DNA of 64,000 nt from Convolutriloba macropyga (Eukaryota). The DNA lies in assembly GCF_964194025.1 (NCBI RefSeq), contig NC_134479.1:38316001-38380000 (forward strand). Direction: 5' to 3'. Of the stretch, positions 62,700 through 64,000 are shown piece after piece; position 1 is the first letter of the stretch, and each line of letters begins with the position of its first letter. Made by a program: the position numbers and the translations under genes. The notes below the pieces were generated by a model. That model ran no database searches. It was not told the DNA's origin and was given only the letters and a program-made list of their open reading frames with translations.

Positions 62700-64000
62700 A
62701 TATTTTGGGGAGACGTAATACTGAGTTGGATACGTCTGAACTGGTGAACAGGGACCTACTGAAAAGTCCGTTTCTTCATTTCAATTGTGGGCAGCCGTAC
62801 TCTGGATTGTTGTAACAATAGATTTAATTTGAGTCTGCTGACGTTTTTATCATCTGCCGTCTCCTTTGTCGTGGGGGTGCTGACGTTGATGATAAAGTTG
62901 GTGGACAATTTTGAGTTGATGTCATTGATTTGTCAGATTCTGTTATAGATGGTGACGATCGTTTACGTTTTTGCGTATGTTGTAGAGCTTCTGTGGCTTT
63001 TGTAGCTGCTTTTCGTTTTGGTCGAGTCGGCGCCTCTGCAATCACAATCGTTGTTTGCGGCAAGACCAATGGCGGCGCGAAATCAGTGGCCATTTCAATG
63101 GTGGCTGTGGCGGTGCGGGAATGATTGTCTTCTTTGGTTTTGTTGGCATGCGGACACGTAGTGCTCTGGATACAATATAATGAATTGACGAGACTGCACG
63201 CAAGTCATCGGCAATTCTTTTATGTTTGATCTTCTTGTTTCCTTCTATTTTTCTTCTTGCTTCTTTGGCATGTTGGTTCATGAGATCTTCCATTATTTTA
63301 CCCGTAGGTACTTTGGGTCTCCGGTCGGCTTAGCATTTCAAGTCTGTCTGCCTTGCTGCTATAGTCCCAAATTTGGCTAGATCGGAATTTCTTATCATCA
63401 CTTCTTTTTTGCCTGGCTCTTTTAAGATCGATGTTTGTTCGTTAGTTTTTATCACAGTTGAGACTGGTGCTAAAACCTCGCATAGTCCGTCCAGACTCTT
63501 TTTAGATCTTCTGATCTTCAGCTTTATTTCCGCTAGCTTCAATTTTAAGGAATCTTTTATTCTAGGTACTTGTCGACCAACATCTGTATGTAAAATCACT
63601 CTTGATTCTTTGTTTGGGTCCTCATTGCATCGTCTTACTGCGTCCCTACTGAGTTGATCTCTACTTTTTTCAGATCAATATCGGTTCTTGCCTCGTTGTC
63701 CCACTGTTCCTCTGAGATGAGCTCGTCCCAGCGCACTATCTCCATGTCTAAATCTTTATTCAAAAATGGTTCATATGTAAGAGTACTAGGATCAGGGTCA
63801 GTTGAGATGATAATTTTTGGTTTGCTAGCTTTTCTGCCAAAATGCTCTTCAAACGGTGAAATATTAATAGTCTCTTGACGGAGTATACGGAGTTGATACA
63901 TAATTGAGTTTATTGACGCTTTTAGAATAAAGCAACTTCACACTGCGTTTAATAGTGTCTAATTTAGCAACTATGAATTGCTCATCATAAGTAGAAATTT
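62700..64000 (-). pseudogene. pol: C-terminal part of a second Ty3/gypsy pol (integrase C-terminus plus long basic/Ser-Pro tail), truncated by the window edge
   Basis: IMYQLRILRQETINISPFEEHFGRKASKP matches the post-catalytic gypsy integrase SPFExxFGR motif; chain of frameshifted same-strand ORFs at 63901, 63599, 63293 and 63093. Confidence 0.8.

Overview
AT-rich eukaryotic (animal-like) genomic DNA with six assembly gaps, dominated by repeats; the species cannot be fixed from the sequence. (1) A ~16.2 kb decayed Ty3/gypsy-type LTR retroelement lies on the minus strand at 4010-20197. It has paired ~306/311 bp LTRs, a PBS, gag with a CCHC remnant and pol in PR-RT-RH-IN order. It also carries an envelope-like glycoprotein whose motif pattern resembles chuvirus-G/herpes-gB class III fusogens, and about five or six further decayed ORFs flanking env. 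This complex-retrovirus-like layout is the best candidate for an undescribed system. (2) A degenerate 1.4-1.9 kb tandem array at 26.8-32.8 kb has a tRNA-derived SINE inserted. (3) Two phase-compatible minus-strand exons (56516-56632 and 33602-33889) encode the probable ECL3/TM7/C-tail of a divergent class A GPCR, with MPLVY in place of NPxxY. (4) Their ~22.6 kb intron is filled by a modular shuffled repeat array with a recurrent hairpin junction, TIR elements with expanding 32-33 bp minisatellites, and a CACTA/EnSpm-like foldback element (CCC termini, 2 bp TSD) carrying a tRNA-like segment. (5) A second gypsy element enters from the right edge. Family assignments rest on motif recognition by eye, and identity figures are manual approximate counts.
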